Assembly: GCA_036785375.1 (NCBI GenBank)
Contig: JAWMAR010000574.1
Coordinates: forward strand, 496,001 to 560,000
Origin: Leucoraja ocellata
Lineage: Eukaryota
Direction: 5' to 3'
Length of the DNA: 64,000 bases
This document shows positions 24,590-37,491 of the stretch, in pieces (positions within the stretch are counted from its first letter, which is position 1; each line of letters begins with the position of its first letter). A model generated the notes under the pieces. The model ran no database searches and was not told the DNA's origin. It saw only the letters and a list, made by a program, of their open reading frames with translations. A program made the position numbers and the translations under genes.

Positions 24590-26029
24590 TCCAAAATAAA
24601 AGACACAAACCGCTGGAGTAACTCAGTGGGTCAGGCATCTTCTGTGGAGAACATGGATAGATGACTTTTCAGGCCGGGACCCTTCTTGAGATTGGGTCAT
24701 GACCCATCCGTTTAATCCTGTCCACACATCAGTAAGATATTCCTGTTGTCGGCTGGAAGTTCCTAAGTGTTGTCATAAATCTGGCTGGAATCCATCGTGA
24801 GTTTCAGGAAAGCAGGCCACCATCGTGGAAGAGCCATGGCACAGTGGGGTGGAGCAGAATAATCTAGCACCTCTCTCTCTGGGAGCGAAGAGAAGTTGAG
24901 AAATGCAGCACTGAAATAATAAACTGACCTTAGAGAGTGGATATTAAAGATGGGAAATGGTCAAAGATCCCGGTTAGGGTCATGAGATTAATGAAGCCAA
25001 AAGATATGCTTCTGAAAGTGAAGTGGCAGGGGACAGTTTACTGTCTGGTTTCACTGCAAGGGGTGCACTTGGGCAGCGAGGAGCAAAGAATTCCTTGCTA
25101 ATGTCATGCAGACAAAACCATCATTAATTATTTGTCAGCTTTCAGCAAAATGACACTGCTTAGTGACATTATGCTTGCGTTGATAATAGTGCAAGTAATA
25201 GGCCATAATGTTCTATGTTCAGGTTAGCACCTCAATGATAAATTAAACCTTTTCATAAGAGGAAACAGAATAATGTTAAAGTTTTGAGCTCCAAAGTCTC
25301 ATACTGTAATGATTACCTGTTATTTAAAAAGACCCTGATCTTTACAGTCTAAAGATATGTAGAAAGACAATAAAATGTGCTACTTCAGAATGAGCAGGAA
25401 AGAGAAAGCTGTGGAATATTTAGTTTCCATGGTAACTCTGTTATCGGGAACACATGATAAACATTGGGAAAGGGAGTAAGCATGGCAATCCATGATACTA
25501 ACCCTCTGATGTTGCATAATAAAAGCCTTGGTGTTGACATTCATGGTTTCTTAATTAGGAGCATTAAAACAGGGTGGTGCTTTAAGCTTAGTCTTCTAAA
25601 ATGCTGCCTAAAGATCAAGATATTCTAATATAACAACGCTAGTTATCATTTGAAATTATGTCGTCGGGTTGTTCATATGCACATATGATGAAGTACATGT
25701 ATGTTGAAACATCTTGCTTGTACCAGCATCACAGGCACAAAGTCTCAGACAATACACAAAACTACGTTATCCACAAATTATATATTAATTATAGATACAA
25801 TTTCCAAATGAAATAATACTTTGCAAAAACATAATTTGAAAACCAAAGTTGATAATAGTGCAAGTAATAGGCCATAATGTTCTATGTTCAGGATAAGATC
25901 AGGTCCATGCTGGTTGGTTCAAGAACCTGATAGTTCTTTAGTAACTTGTCAGTTTCTTTGTTGAACTAAATGAAGGCGCATGTTGCAATCAAAAGCGCTT
26001 GAACAATTGGTTGGGAAGAAAGCCAAACT

Positions 26030-26290
26030 GTGCCTATTCCTGAACATGGTGGTGTGGGACTTCAGCTTCTGTACCTGCTGACCGAGGGTAGCACTGAGTA
26101 GAGGGCATGTCCTGGAAGTTGGGGTCGTTGATGATAGATACCACCTTCTTGAGGCAGCAGCTCATGTAGATGCCTTCGATGGAGAGGAAGGTTGTGCACA
26201 TGATGCCAGTGAGCCTACCACTCCCTGCAGCCTTTTTGCCTTCCTGTGCTTTGGAATTGCTTTGCAAGGCCATGATGCAACCTGTCAGAT
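26030..26290 (-). mobile_element. Rex1/Babar 3' ORF fragment, old
   Basis: ORF 26034-26273: SIEGIYMSCCLKKVVSIINDP. Confidence 0.7.
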
Positions 26291-26297
26291 CACTGGT

Positions 26298-26575
26298 TGG
26301 AGCGACACATTGGCACAGTAGTAGAACGCCAGAGACCCAAGTTCAATCCTGACCATGGGTGTTGTCTGTATGTTCTATGACCACATGGGTTTTCTCCAGG
26401 TGCTCCAGTTTCCTCCCTCACTCCAAAGGCATAAAGGTTTGTAGGTTCATTGGTTTCTGTATATTATAAATTGTCCCTGTTGTGTAGAATTGTGCTAGTG
26501 TAGGGGATGATCGTGTCAACGTGGACTCGGTGGGCAGAAGCACCTGTTTCCATGCTGTATCTCTAAAATCTAAAA
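26298..26575 (+). mobile_element. HE1-type SINE
   Basis: tggcacagtag head, agttcaatcc B box, core and tail. Confidence 0.8.
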
Positions 26576-28531
26576 GTAAAGGATACTTGCTAAAGTATAT
26601 CTGTAAAAGTTTGGAAGCACGTGTTTTATAAGGAGAGATACCATTGCATGTATGGTCCTGTAAGAGGCATGGTAGCATTGAAGAGTTTAACAATTCTGTC
26701 TTCCAGACTGTCTGAAATTCTTCTCCTGGCAGGAGATATTAGGCAATGTCCCACAGCCTGTCTTCACAGACTACGGACTCTCCTGATGGAAGTCAGCCCT
26801 CTCAGAACTTGATCACAAGATGGGTGCCCAGCAAAAGCAAATCCTCCCCTTGCCTTGGAGATGGCCAGCCATCCCGAAAGCTGGCTGCAGTCAATGGGAC
26901 AACAGAAGTCGGACAGAGTCACCAGGACCCTGCCATGCAACATTGAAGAGCCAGTGGGATGGAATGGGAATTCAGGAGCCAAAGGTTTGGTCACTGCAGA
27001 TTTCACGAGTGCTCAGAGGTGTTCCTTTGCACTCACTTCCTCGATGCTCATCAATGTTTGCATCTTCAAATCACATTTCTGTCTTTAGACAGACAATGAT
27101 CTCTGTCCAGTCCAGCAATGAAATTAGGCCAGACTCCATAGATGTGAGTTTGCAGCTTCTCCCTGTCAGTGCAATCCATAGCCATATCCCAAATAACGAA
27201 TGATCACCTTGCAGCAGACTAACCATTTGAAGTTACTAATAATGGAGCCAATTCATTACAATGCATTTTTTTCTTAAACTGTGCTCACCCCTCCTCTATC
27301 AACATAGTTTTTGAGCCTGAAAATACCACTTACAATGAATATTTTGCAATTTATTGGAAAATGTGATTTAATAGCTGTTATTTATGAACTGCTGAATGTA
27401 CTGAGAATGCTTGAATCATCAACAAGGCACTTTTCAAGGATTTATTCAGAAGTTAGATCAAATTATAATCAATTCCATAAAGTATAATAAATCATTGTGA
27501 ATATTGGCTCGAATCAGCTGTGAATCTTTCAAACTTGAGGAAAGTTATTTTCAATGTATGTTTTCTATGACTGTTTCTAATTTATTTTTGTCCAAATTTG
27601 CAGGTCTGTTACTTTTCCCTCCTAGTAAAATATTGTAATATTGTATAATATATCCACGGCTTCACTTGAATCACTGGCTTGTCAGCTTATAAAATATTGG
27701 TTTGTCTGTGGAATCCACTGCCAAAAACTTCAAAGCCTTAAACAGAAATCTACGACATATGCAAACAACAAAGGAAAAATTTATTGACATTTCTAGGAAA
27801 AAGGGAGAGACTTGGATTTATTTGTCATTTTTCACTATCCCGACATTCTGATGCTCTTTACAGCTAATAAACTAGTTACAAGGTAAAATGAGCAGGAATA
27901 CTGTACATGCTTGATTGGTGCTGTGTGCCAAACTAAATTTAGCTTCAGATTCCTATTGTATTTCTACTAAGTGATTTTCCCTTGTAGTACTGAAATGAAT
28001 ACATTGAACTGACAAAGCAGAAACATGCAAATGTACTAATATGTAGTTTAATGCACACTTCCCTTTTGGTAAGTGTCAGAGGTTGTCGGGGGGAGAAGGC
28101 AGGAGAATCCGGTTAGGAGGGAGAGATAAATCAGCCATGATTGAATGGCGGATTGATGGGCCGAATGGCCCAATTCTACTCCTATTCCTTGTGACCCCAC
28201 AATGTCTACTCCCCGGTAAATGCCAGCTGGATTCTACTTGGCGAGACCCTAATCGGCAGCCACTGTTTGCCGAGGCTAATACCATCACACAGGCCCTGCC
28301 CACGGACCAGGGATACAACTTCAAGGATGTCCCTTGCCAGGCTATGCTGAGTGTTAAAGCAGGAAAACACCCCCAAATTATTCTGAAAAGCAGGGAAATA
28401 CAAAAACATTTTAAAAGTCACTTTAAAAAGTAAAAATTAAAAGCTCAAAAATTAAAAATCTAAAGTCTCCAAATAAACATTTTCAAGCATTTAAAAATGT
28501 GAAGAAAATGTTTTAAAATTGTCAATTATCT

Positions 28532-28702
28532 TATGTGTAGATTCAAGGAACTGCAGATGCTGGTCTACAAAAACTACACAAAGTGCTGGAATAACTCAGT
28601 GGGTCAGGCAGCATCTCTGGAGAACATGGATAGAAGACGTTTTGGGTCCGAAATGTCACCTGTCCATGTTCTCCAGAAATACTGCCTGAATCCAGCATTT
28701 TG
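28532..28702. mobile_element. PLTR insertion with internal inversion
   Basis: 12-bp TSD tgtcaattatct at 28520-28531 and 28703-28714; orientation flips near 28647. Confidence 0.8.
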
Positions 28703-29402
28703 TGTCAATTATCTCCTCACAATCTTTACCCTACAGTCACATGAACATGAATAGGCTGCTTGTTCCTGCACCAGTCCAGTGTGAAACTGCCGCAGTTCCC
28801 AACTGGATAGTGTTTCCATTATTGTGCTTACACTATAACCAGCATCTGCTGTATTTTGCTTCACACGCTGGCATTATAAAATGTGAACTCTAGTTTTCCT
28901 AGATTGATTGTCAAGGTCCTTGGGTTACAACTCTAATAACATGACCATTTCATGAAAGCACTTCTACCTCTCCATCACCATTAAGCCAAACGACTAATTG
29001 AATTAGCATAATTGTATTGTACATTAAATAAATAGTGCACCACTCTAATTCTAAAAACTGTTCCTAAGCACTAAACATTAACAATGTAATTGTTCTTTAT
29101 CGAGTGTGTGCTGGAAACCAACATTGGTAAATCATTTATAATAAATGACTAGTAAATTATAATAATTACAATTTTAGAACAACTTGTTTTTTTGCAGAAT
29201 TAACCACATTTCCCTATTGCTCTTGCAATTTCAAACATGCATACAAATATTTAGCAGAACCCCATCACATTCACATCATCTCAAACCTCTTTGCAGAATG
29301 GCAGAAAACATTTATGGGACAGCACGGTGGCGCAGCAGTAGAGCGACTGCCTTACAGCGCTAGAGACCCGGGTTCAAGCCTGACTATGGGTGCTGTCTGG
29401 AT

Positions 29403-30570
29403 GGGCCGTGGAACCCAGTGGGCTGTAGCCCCCTTTTTTAGCAGTGTTTCCCCTGGAGTTAGCAGCCAGCCCAGCGGATGTACTTTAGTGACCGACACAG
29501 ATGGTTCAGTGTCTGCTGGAAGCACCAACCTCACCTGTAACACACCGGGAGAGGGTGGGGGTCATCAACTCACCGCGGCAGGGGCGGGCTGGCGGGCCGG
29601 TAAACGTGAAGGGGGAGGTGAGGTGGAGGGAAAGTGAAGGCTTCCCTCACTCACACACAGAGCCGTGTGGAAGTGAGTGATGGGAGGAGGGGCCCAGGGT
29701 CTGAGGGCACGAGGTTAAGGGGTCAGACTAATGGAGAACGCTGTTGAACAACACAACCTTCCTGCTCCTACTTATGGAGAAATCAGGAACAAAAAACACA
29801 GAGAGCTGCCATGTCAAACACTGGCTAACCCCTGATATATTCCAGGGTCACCTCTGGTCTGACACCAGGAAGGATATCAAGAGTTCGTAGGAAAGCCAGA
29901 ATGGGTGGGCAATGAAAGGTCTCAGTCATGTGTAGACTCTTGGGCTATTTACATTGCAGGGGAGGGAAGTAGGAGACTGAGAGATGTTCACAATCCTGTG
30001 GTGGAACAAACAAGGAGAAGTTGTTCCAAGAGACGTACAACATGGACTTCGGGTGATCACACCAGAGGCGACGGCAGACGACAAACTCGGCAGAGAGTGG
30101 AGAGAAAGCGCTTCAGGAGATCCTTCACAAAGAGGGCTGGGCCTAGCACCGAAGGGGAAACCTTGTAAAAGTCTGGGAGGAAGGGCAAGGCAATAGGGGA
30201 GATAGACACAAAATGCTGGAGTAACTCAGTAAGGCAGCATCTCTGGAGAAAATGAATGGGTGACATATCGTTACGGATCAAAAATAATAATCACCTGCTC
30301 CTATCTCTCATGTAGGCCTTACATTATCTTAAAAATACTTCAAACAAAAAACATTCAAATCATACTTCTACAATGCACTATAGCATGATTTTAATACATC
30401 AAATTTCAAAAAGTCCTTACTGTGGGAGGGATGGGGGGGGGGGGGGGGGGGTTCCCCCTCCCACACCCGCCCATCGCTCGGTCGCTTTGCACGCTCGCCG
30501 AGTGTCCCCGCGACCGGTGATCAGTGATCGCTCAGCCACCCCCACTTTCAAAAATGCTCCGCGGCCCCTG
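29403..30570. mobile_element. Non-autonomous hAT-like DNA transposon inserted in an HE1 SINE (head 29316-29402)
   Basis: Imperfect TIRs gggccgtggaac and gctccgcggcccctg; 8-bp TSD gtctggat/gtctgtat (29395-29402, 30571-30578); SINE sequence resumes after the element. Confidence 0.65.
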
Positions 30571-31415
30571 GTCTGTATGGAGTTGCCCACCCATTCTGAG
30601 CTTGCCCATAGTCATTAAAGCACATAATTCAAACTCATGCTGTCTTGTATTTACAAAATCAATGCAAATCTCTGAAGCTGTACGTCAAAAGTGAATCCAA
30701 ATGAAAACTATCGATTAGAAATACAAAGGTGTAAAGTTTATTTTAGGTCCATCAATATGACAGCCGCTAAATTTAAAGACAGAACTACTTTAGGAGGCAT
30801 ATCCAGACTGAGAGAAGGAAAATATTGCAACTGGATTTGTGCAGTATACTTGCATTGAGTGAGCTCAATGACTTTCAATGAAGTGAATTGTGCAATATTG
30901 CACTCTAATGTTAAGTATTTTGAAAAAGATTGCAGCATGTAGGTGTACATTAACGAAGATGTTCTTTCGACTTGAGTCTGAGGCCACAGCTGCAAACATG
31001 AACAGTCTAAATGAACTGTTCACTTTGAAGCACTTTTCCCCATAACAGGGCTCTCTAAGACTTTTGTTGAAACACATTCAGAGTAATCAATAATTGTAAT
31101 GGCAAAAGGGTCAATACAAAACTGCCTGGACAGAAGATAATTGATTAAAGATAAACATGGGGGAAAACATTTTCAAAAAGCCAATGTTTACATTTTAAAA
31201 TGGTCAATCAGATGGGTAGTGGATGCAGAATCATTAGTAGCCTTCAAAAATAAATGGGCTAGAATCTTCTGTGCTGGGAAAATGCAGTGACGTGGGGAAA
31301 GAGCAGAAGTTTGGGATAACTAGATTGTTCTGGAGCCAGTGGTGGCTCAATGGAAAGAACATTCTCCTTCTGTTATGCTATTCCATGTGCTTTGATTTTA
31401 TTGTACGGAGTTTTA

Positions 31416-31576
31416 AGACCATAGGAGCAGAATTAGGTCATTTGGCCCATCATGTCTGCACCACACATTCAATAATGGCAGATCTATTTTTCCCTACCAA
31501 CCCCATTCTCTTGCCTTCTCCCCGTAGCCTTTAATGCCCTTACTAATCAAGAACCTATCAATCTCTGCTTTAAAAA
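31416..31576 (-). mobile_element. CR1 3' end (another old piece at about 31855-32025)
   Basis: ataggagcagaattaggtcatttggccc...gccttctccccgta. Confidence 0.7.
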
Positions 31577-33057
31577 CACAGCAATGGATCTAAACTAAAA
31601 TTTCAGAAGAAATTAACATCAGATTCAAGGCACCAATTAGGAGATATAGAACCTCTAATTTTTAGTGCTTGATTGTGTACAAGAATTTTTGCCAGTAGAT
31701 TCCTAAATTGCTATTGGTCTTTGATTATTTATTTTGGGGTCTCAACCAAGGTGGAAAGGTGGAAAGGAAAATTACACATATGAGGGTGAGTCCCTGAAAA
31801 GAAAATGTGTAGTAAGACCCTCGTAATTCACATAACATGGACCAAGCACCTCTAGTCTCATAGTCATACAGCATGGAAACAGGTCCTTTGGTCCAACTTG
31901 TCCATGCCAGCCAAAATGTTCCATCTACACCAGTTCCTCCTACCCGCACTTAGCCCATAACCCTTCTAACCCTATCCTATCCATATACCTGCGCAAATGT
32001 CTCTTAAACGTTATGATAATATCTGCTGTGTCTGTCACGGATCTTCAGACACTCTGCATATGTTGTTTTGAGCATTTTTTATTCTACTTATATCAGCATT
32101 TTGTATCTACATTTTATGACTGTCGATCAAATTTATATCTGTTTAACCTTACAAGAATTCATTCTAGGAGTTGAAGATAAGGTTCCATTTAATGTTTTCT
32201 TCGGTTATTGAGTAAAAATCTGAAAATGTTAGTGCAAAAAGTGGTCATACTGGAGCAATTTTAAAATGCAAGGTATGAAGGGTATGAAAGCAATTGGATT
32301 GAAATTGCTTTTCATATCTATAGTTTTAATAAATAGAGAGGCCAGTCAAACAAAAGTCAATATTTCATTCCACTCATTATCAGATGTTTGTTCTTGTATC
32401 TCCTGCATCCATCTGTCCTATTAAAAGGTTGTTCTCAGAGCTTCTGCCAACGTTGAATAAAATAAATAATATCAATTTAATGTGGCTCTGGTTTTGTAAC
32501 TGAACCACATTCTTAGAGGTTGCAGGCTGCTTATTTTATTAGGCATTGTAGATCAACCATATTAATCTATGTCAATATAGCCTTCACCATATATATTATG
32601 CATGATACACATTCCACCATGTAATCCAGTCCAGGATTTGAATAGGAATGCAGTTACTGATAACAGCCTGCTTGTCCTTTACCTCGGCAGTCTATAAGAT
32701 GATGCAACGAGTGCAACAGTATGTATTGTTCTCTCTGCATAGGTTTTAATAAATGCTTTGTGGTTCGCCAAACACTTTGTAATGGTCTGATTACAAAACA
32801 GGCATTAAACCTATATCTTCATTATTTGGAAAAAGAGGAAACAGCAATCAACAAGGAAAATGCTTAAGCAGGTCAAAAAAGTATCAGTTTAATTGTTCGA
32901 GGATGATGACTCATCTCCCTATGTTTACCAAAACCCAATGGTAGAACTAACATCAAAGTAGTCCACTGGCCTCTCTCTTTCTATCTGAAGAAATATTAGG
33001 TTAAGTAGAGGATGGTGAAGCCACATCTCAGCTCATTAGTGGAGCATCTGCCCACTT

Positions 33058-33373
33058 TTGTTTAGTCTAGAGGTACAGCATGGAAGCAGGCTATTCGGCC
33101 CATCGAGTCCACGCTGACTATCGATCACCTGTACACTAATTCCAGTTTATCCCACTTTTACATCCAACACACTAGGAGCAATTTACTGAGCCAATTAACC
33201 TACAAACCTGCACATCGTTGAAATATGGGAAGAAACAGGAGCATCTGGGGAAAACCCACACGGTCATAGGGAGAATGTGCAAACTCCGTACAGATAGCAC
33301 CCGTTGTCGGGATGGAACCTGGGTCTTTGGCACTGTGTGGTAGTAACTGTACTGCAGCGTCACTGTGCCGCCC
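33058..33373 (-). mobile_element. HE1-type SINE, near full length
   Basis: Reverse complement of head (cactgtgccgccc), core and tail. Confidence 0.85.
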
Positions 33374-33532
33374 TGCTACATGCTCAGCGCTTACTTAGTT
33401 AAAAACTATTAGCTGTTTAAATCTCTAAACTAATTCTGAGAGAAATAAATAGTCCGGTTGCTTTCCCTTCTCTCTGCCATGCCTAAGGTTTTCAAGTCAC
33501 CTTGAACAACCCGCCACTATCTCTGCTGCGGC

Positions 33533-33799
33533 TTCCCCAGCATTCCTTCTCTCTCCATCCATCCCCCGCCCAAGCCACACCAGGTTTTCATTCTCACCTT
33601 GAAATCAACAATGGCCTGTTTCCTTTATCATTGTTACGTTTTTGCATATCTTTCACCCATTAGGTCTATATCTATCAACGTTATCGTCTATATCTCTCCT
33701 TTCCCATTCCCGTGACTTTCAGTCTGAAGAAGGGTCTCGACCCATAACGTCACCCATTCCTTCTGTGCCTGTCCCATTGAGGTACTCCAGCATTTTGTG
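33533..33799 (+). mobile_element. PLTR insertion
   Basis: 17-bp TSD with one mismatch actatctctg(c/t)tgcggc at 33516-33532 and 33800-33816; cagtctgaagaagggtctcgaccc. Confidence 0.8.
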
Positions 33800-33978
33800 A
33801 CTATCTCTGTTGCGGCAGTTCTGCAGCCAATTAAACTTTAAATTTTAAGGTGTATTTACTATCCTTTTTCTAACTTCAACATCTTTCATAATAATTTGTG
33901 TCTGACTCTCTTCACCCACTGCTCCTGCAGTTTCTTACGTCCCTGTCAGAATGTTCCATGCGGCTTAAGTTTGCCTTA

Positions 33979-34332
33979 TTCACAAGTTCACATTATAGGG
34001 GTAGAATTGGGCCATTCGGCCATCAAGCCCACGCCATTCAATCATGGATGATCTCTGCCTCCTAATCCCATTTGCCTGCCTTCTCCCCATGACACCCGTT
34101 CTAATCAAGAATTTGTCCATCTCTGCCTTATAAATATCCACTGACTGCCTCCACAGCCCTGTGTGGCAATGATTCCACAGATTAACTACCCTCTGTCTAA
34201 AGAAGTTCCTCCTCACCTCCTTTCTAAAAGAGCACCTTTTAATTCTGAGGCTATGACCTCTGGTCCTAGATTCTCCCACCAGTGGAAACATCCTTTCCAC
34301 ATCCACTCTATCTATGCCTTTCATTATTCTGT
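33979..34332 (-). mobile_element. CR1 LINE 3' end
   Basis: ORF 33980-34324: MKGIDRVDVERMFPLVGESRTRGHSLRIK...RVVNLWN. Confidence 0.88.
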
Positions 34333-34454
34333 AATGACATTAAAAATATAATTGTTCCCTCAGTTCCTGTAACGATGTCAGTCATGTACATAGATATGGT
34401 TGCAGCTAAACAGAGACTCCCAGTTGATGTGTATCGTAAACAAGAGAAAACCAA

Positions 34455-34752
34455 CAAGGTTTCCGTGCGGTTCCCGGAGGTTTATGTCAGTCTCCCTACC
34501 TGCTTCCACAACCTGCAACCTCCGGCAACCCTGTCCCACTTAGGAAAAACCTGAACGGAAACCTCTGGAGACTTTGCGCCCCACCCAAGGTTTCCGTGCG
34601 GTTCCCGGAGTTTGCAGGTGGTTGCCGGAGATTGCAGGTAGTGGAAGCAGGTAGGGAGACTGACAAAAACCTCCGGGAACCGCACGGAAACCATGGGTGG
34701 GCACAGAGTCCCCAGAGGTTTCCGTTCAGGTTTCCTAAGTGGGGCAGGGGCA
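34455..34752. mobile_element. Palindromic MITE (Harbinger-like) plus inverted partial duplicate
   Basis: About 80-bp TIRs ccctgtcccacttaggaaa...cccggag and ctccggga...tttcctaagtggggcaggg; TTA follows the right end; 34455-34528 is the reverse complement of its internal/right part. Confidence 0.8.
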
Positions 34753-35050
34753 TTACAGCGCTTGCAGCACTGGAGACCCGGGTTCGAACCCGACTGTAGG
34801 TGCTGTCTGTATGGAGTTTGTGCGTCTCCTCATGACCGCGTGGGTTTTCTCCGAAGTCTTCGGTTTCCTCCCACACTCCAAAGAAGTACAGGTTTGTAGG
34901 TTAATTGGCTTGGTATAAGTGTAAATTGTCCCTAGTGTGTGTAGGATAGTGTTACTGTGCGGGGATCGCTGGTCGGTGAGGACTCGGTGGGCCGAAGGGC
35001 CTGTTTCCGCTCTGTATCTCGAAACTAAACTAAACTAAACTTAACCTAAA
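34753..35050 (+). mobile_element. HE1-type SINE
   Basis: B box ggttcgaacc, core, (AAACT)n tail. Confidence 0.88.
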
Positions 35051-35599
35051 TATTCTCCTTCAGCTCTTCCTAATGTTATCTGGGGCTATGGAGGGGCTTC
35101 CTGTCCTTACTTTAAACTGCCGGGCACACTCAGCATTGCCTTAGAAGTTCAGGGTGTCAGCAAGGAAAGATGGGGATAGTAAAGAGGGGCAGAGGTCTCC
35201 CTTGTCTTGTACTCCTGATCCTTAAACTGAGTGTCCAAGTTACTCAGGATGATGCCTCAGCAAATGATGATGAATAGTTTGAATATTCTACTTTAATCCT
35301 GTCCTTGTTTATTTTACTGACAATTATCTTGGCAGCAGGATGATGAACTTGTCACAGCAGAACATTTGGGAATCATTAAAATTAAAATGAGCCAAATACT
35401 GGGCTTCTTAGTAAAAACTTCCGGTATGGTCTCAGGAGTGTGTAAGAGGTCTTCATGAGTTCTCAAGCTTTAGCGTCAATTGCACGAAGGAGGAAATGCA
35501 TCACTAATGACATTTGACCAGGTAGCAACATTGAACTGCAGGATTGAAGAATATTTTCTTTAGTAAACGTGGATTACCCTACCCCCCCCCCCCCCCCCC

Positions 35600-35810
35600 C
35601 TCCCAAGGTGGTACCTGTTGTTCGTGCACCACACCGTGTGTCACACGCCATGAGTGACAGTGTTGAGTCCATGTTAAATAATATGGTCTCCATGGGCGAT
35701 TGGGTGTCCACCATGGTTGCTACTCTCAAAAAGGATAAAAATGAAATCCGTGTGTGCATCAATCCAAAAGACTTGAACCATGCCATCAAGCGCCCCCACT
35801 ATCCCACTTC
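35600..35810 (+). mobile_element. Ty3/Gypsy RT N-terminal fragment
   Basis: PVVRAPHRV...DWVSTMVATLKKDKNEIRVCINPKDLNHAIKRPHYP resembles the Gypsy W.S..V..K..IR.C.D...LN motif. Confidence 0.8.
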
Positions 35811-36489
35811 TGACACCATGTAAATATGACATCTACACAACACGTAACATAAGGTCATCTCTAATCCACATACAGAATTGTTAGTAGTCATTGAATCCTG
35901 TCTGCTACCGAACAGCGTAGCATAGGAAGTAGGTGTTAATATAAATGATACAGTAAAGCGGGGTTAGTGATGCTAACCTATATATGATTGGTTGCATGCA
36001 TAAACCAATCTACACCCTCCTCATCTGTTTCAACCTATTACCTGCCTGCCAGGCTTTACCCTACCCCTCCTCTCTTCCAACTTCCTCCCCCCCCCCCTCC
36101 CACCCACAATCAGGCTGAATGAGATTCCCAGCCAGAAACGTCACCTATCCATGTCCTCCAGAATTGTGCCTGACCCGCAGAGTTACTCCAGTACTTTGTG
36201 GCATTTTTTAAATGGGTGATTGTTGGTCGGCATGGACTAAGTGGGCCAAAGGGCCTGCTGTTTATATGCTGTATTTCTGAATTGGACTTCCATGAGCTCT
36301 ACAATCTCCTGAGATAACTGCTGCTCTCAAATTCCAGCCCATTGACCACGCCAATTGTATTCACTCCAGTATTAATGACTGTGTCTTCAGCTGCCACTGA
36401 CCTAATGTTCTCTCCCTTGACCTCTCCACCTCACTTATTTCTTTTATCCTGAATAGGCTGCTTCAAAACATACTACTTTGTCCAGTTAT

Positions 36490-37245
36490 AGAAGATAAAA
36501 CAGCACAGCACAGGAACATGTCCTTCAGCCCACAATGTCTGTGCCAAACATGATGTCAAGACCAACTCTTATCTGCCTGCACATTATCCATGTGCCTCGC
36601 CTAAAGTCTCTTAAATCCCCCATTGTATCTGCCTCCACTAGCACCCCACTCTGCATTCCAGTCGCTCTCCACCATCTGTGTAAAAAAAACTTGCCCCTTT
36701 TAAACTTTGCTCCTCTCTCCCCTTCAACCTATGCTCTCTATTATTTAATATTTTTAAGCTGGGGAAAAAGGTTCTGACAGTCTACTCTATTTATGATTCA
36801 TAATTTTATATATTTCTATCAGGTCTCCCCTTAACCTCTGGCATTCTGGAGAAAACAATTAAAGTTCGACCTCTCGTTGCAGCTAATGCTCCCTGATCCA
36901 CGCATCATCTTGGTGAACCTCCTCTGCACCCTTACCAAAACCTCCCCATCTTTCTTGTATTGGGGCGAGTAGAACTACATGCAGTACCACAAATGGGGCC
37001 GAACCAAAGTCCTATAAAGCCGCATCATGACTTTTTGATTCTTGTACTCAATGCCCCGACCAATGAAGGCAAGCATTCCATGCACCTTCTTCACAACTCT
37101 TTCTATCTGTCTTGACTCTCTCAGGCTATTATAAACGTTTTCCCCCAAGATCCCTCTCTGGGCATCAGTGCTGTTAAGAGTCTTGGCATTAAATGCATAT
37201 ATTCCCTTTACTTATCGACCTCCCAAAGTGCAACATTCACACTTG
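36490..37245 (-). mobile_element. CR1 LINE 3' portion, old
   Basis: Minus strand LYRTLVRPHLWYCM.FYSPQYKK..VQRRFTKMM; tail complement gtccttcagcccacaatgtctgtgcc. Confidence 0.8.
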
Positions 37246-37491
37246 ACTTTTGGCTTCCTGACAAAATGCCCCAACACTTCTGACTAGGTGTCAGTGTTAA
37301 TATCAACACCTTTACACAAATCACCAGGCGCCTAGCACAAGCACAGGCCTAAATTGGCACACACTTCTGCAAATAGGAAAGTTGCCCACTGGGCCTGCAC
37401 CACATTAGTGCTGGTGACAGCATGGCCATCCCATTCAAAGGGAGAGATTGGCTGAATGTTGGGAGAAGGATCTGTGGAGGTTTCTTATATG

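Noticed and set aside
23800-24638. Several 110-190 aa ORFs with repeated peptides
   Set aside because: Caused by the 21-bp minisatellite inside a TSD-flanked retroposon
26700-27203. Overlapping short ORFs up to 127 aa
   Set aside because: No recognisable motif; consistent with chance ORFs or a very old repeat
29316-29395. tRNA-like sequence with A and B boxes (also 22608, 44383, 53123)
   Set aside because: Heads of HE1-type SINEs that continue into SINE core; no tRNA cloverleaf end
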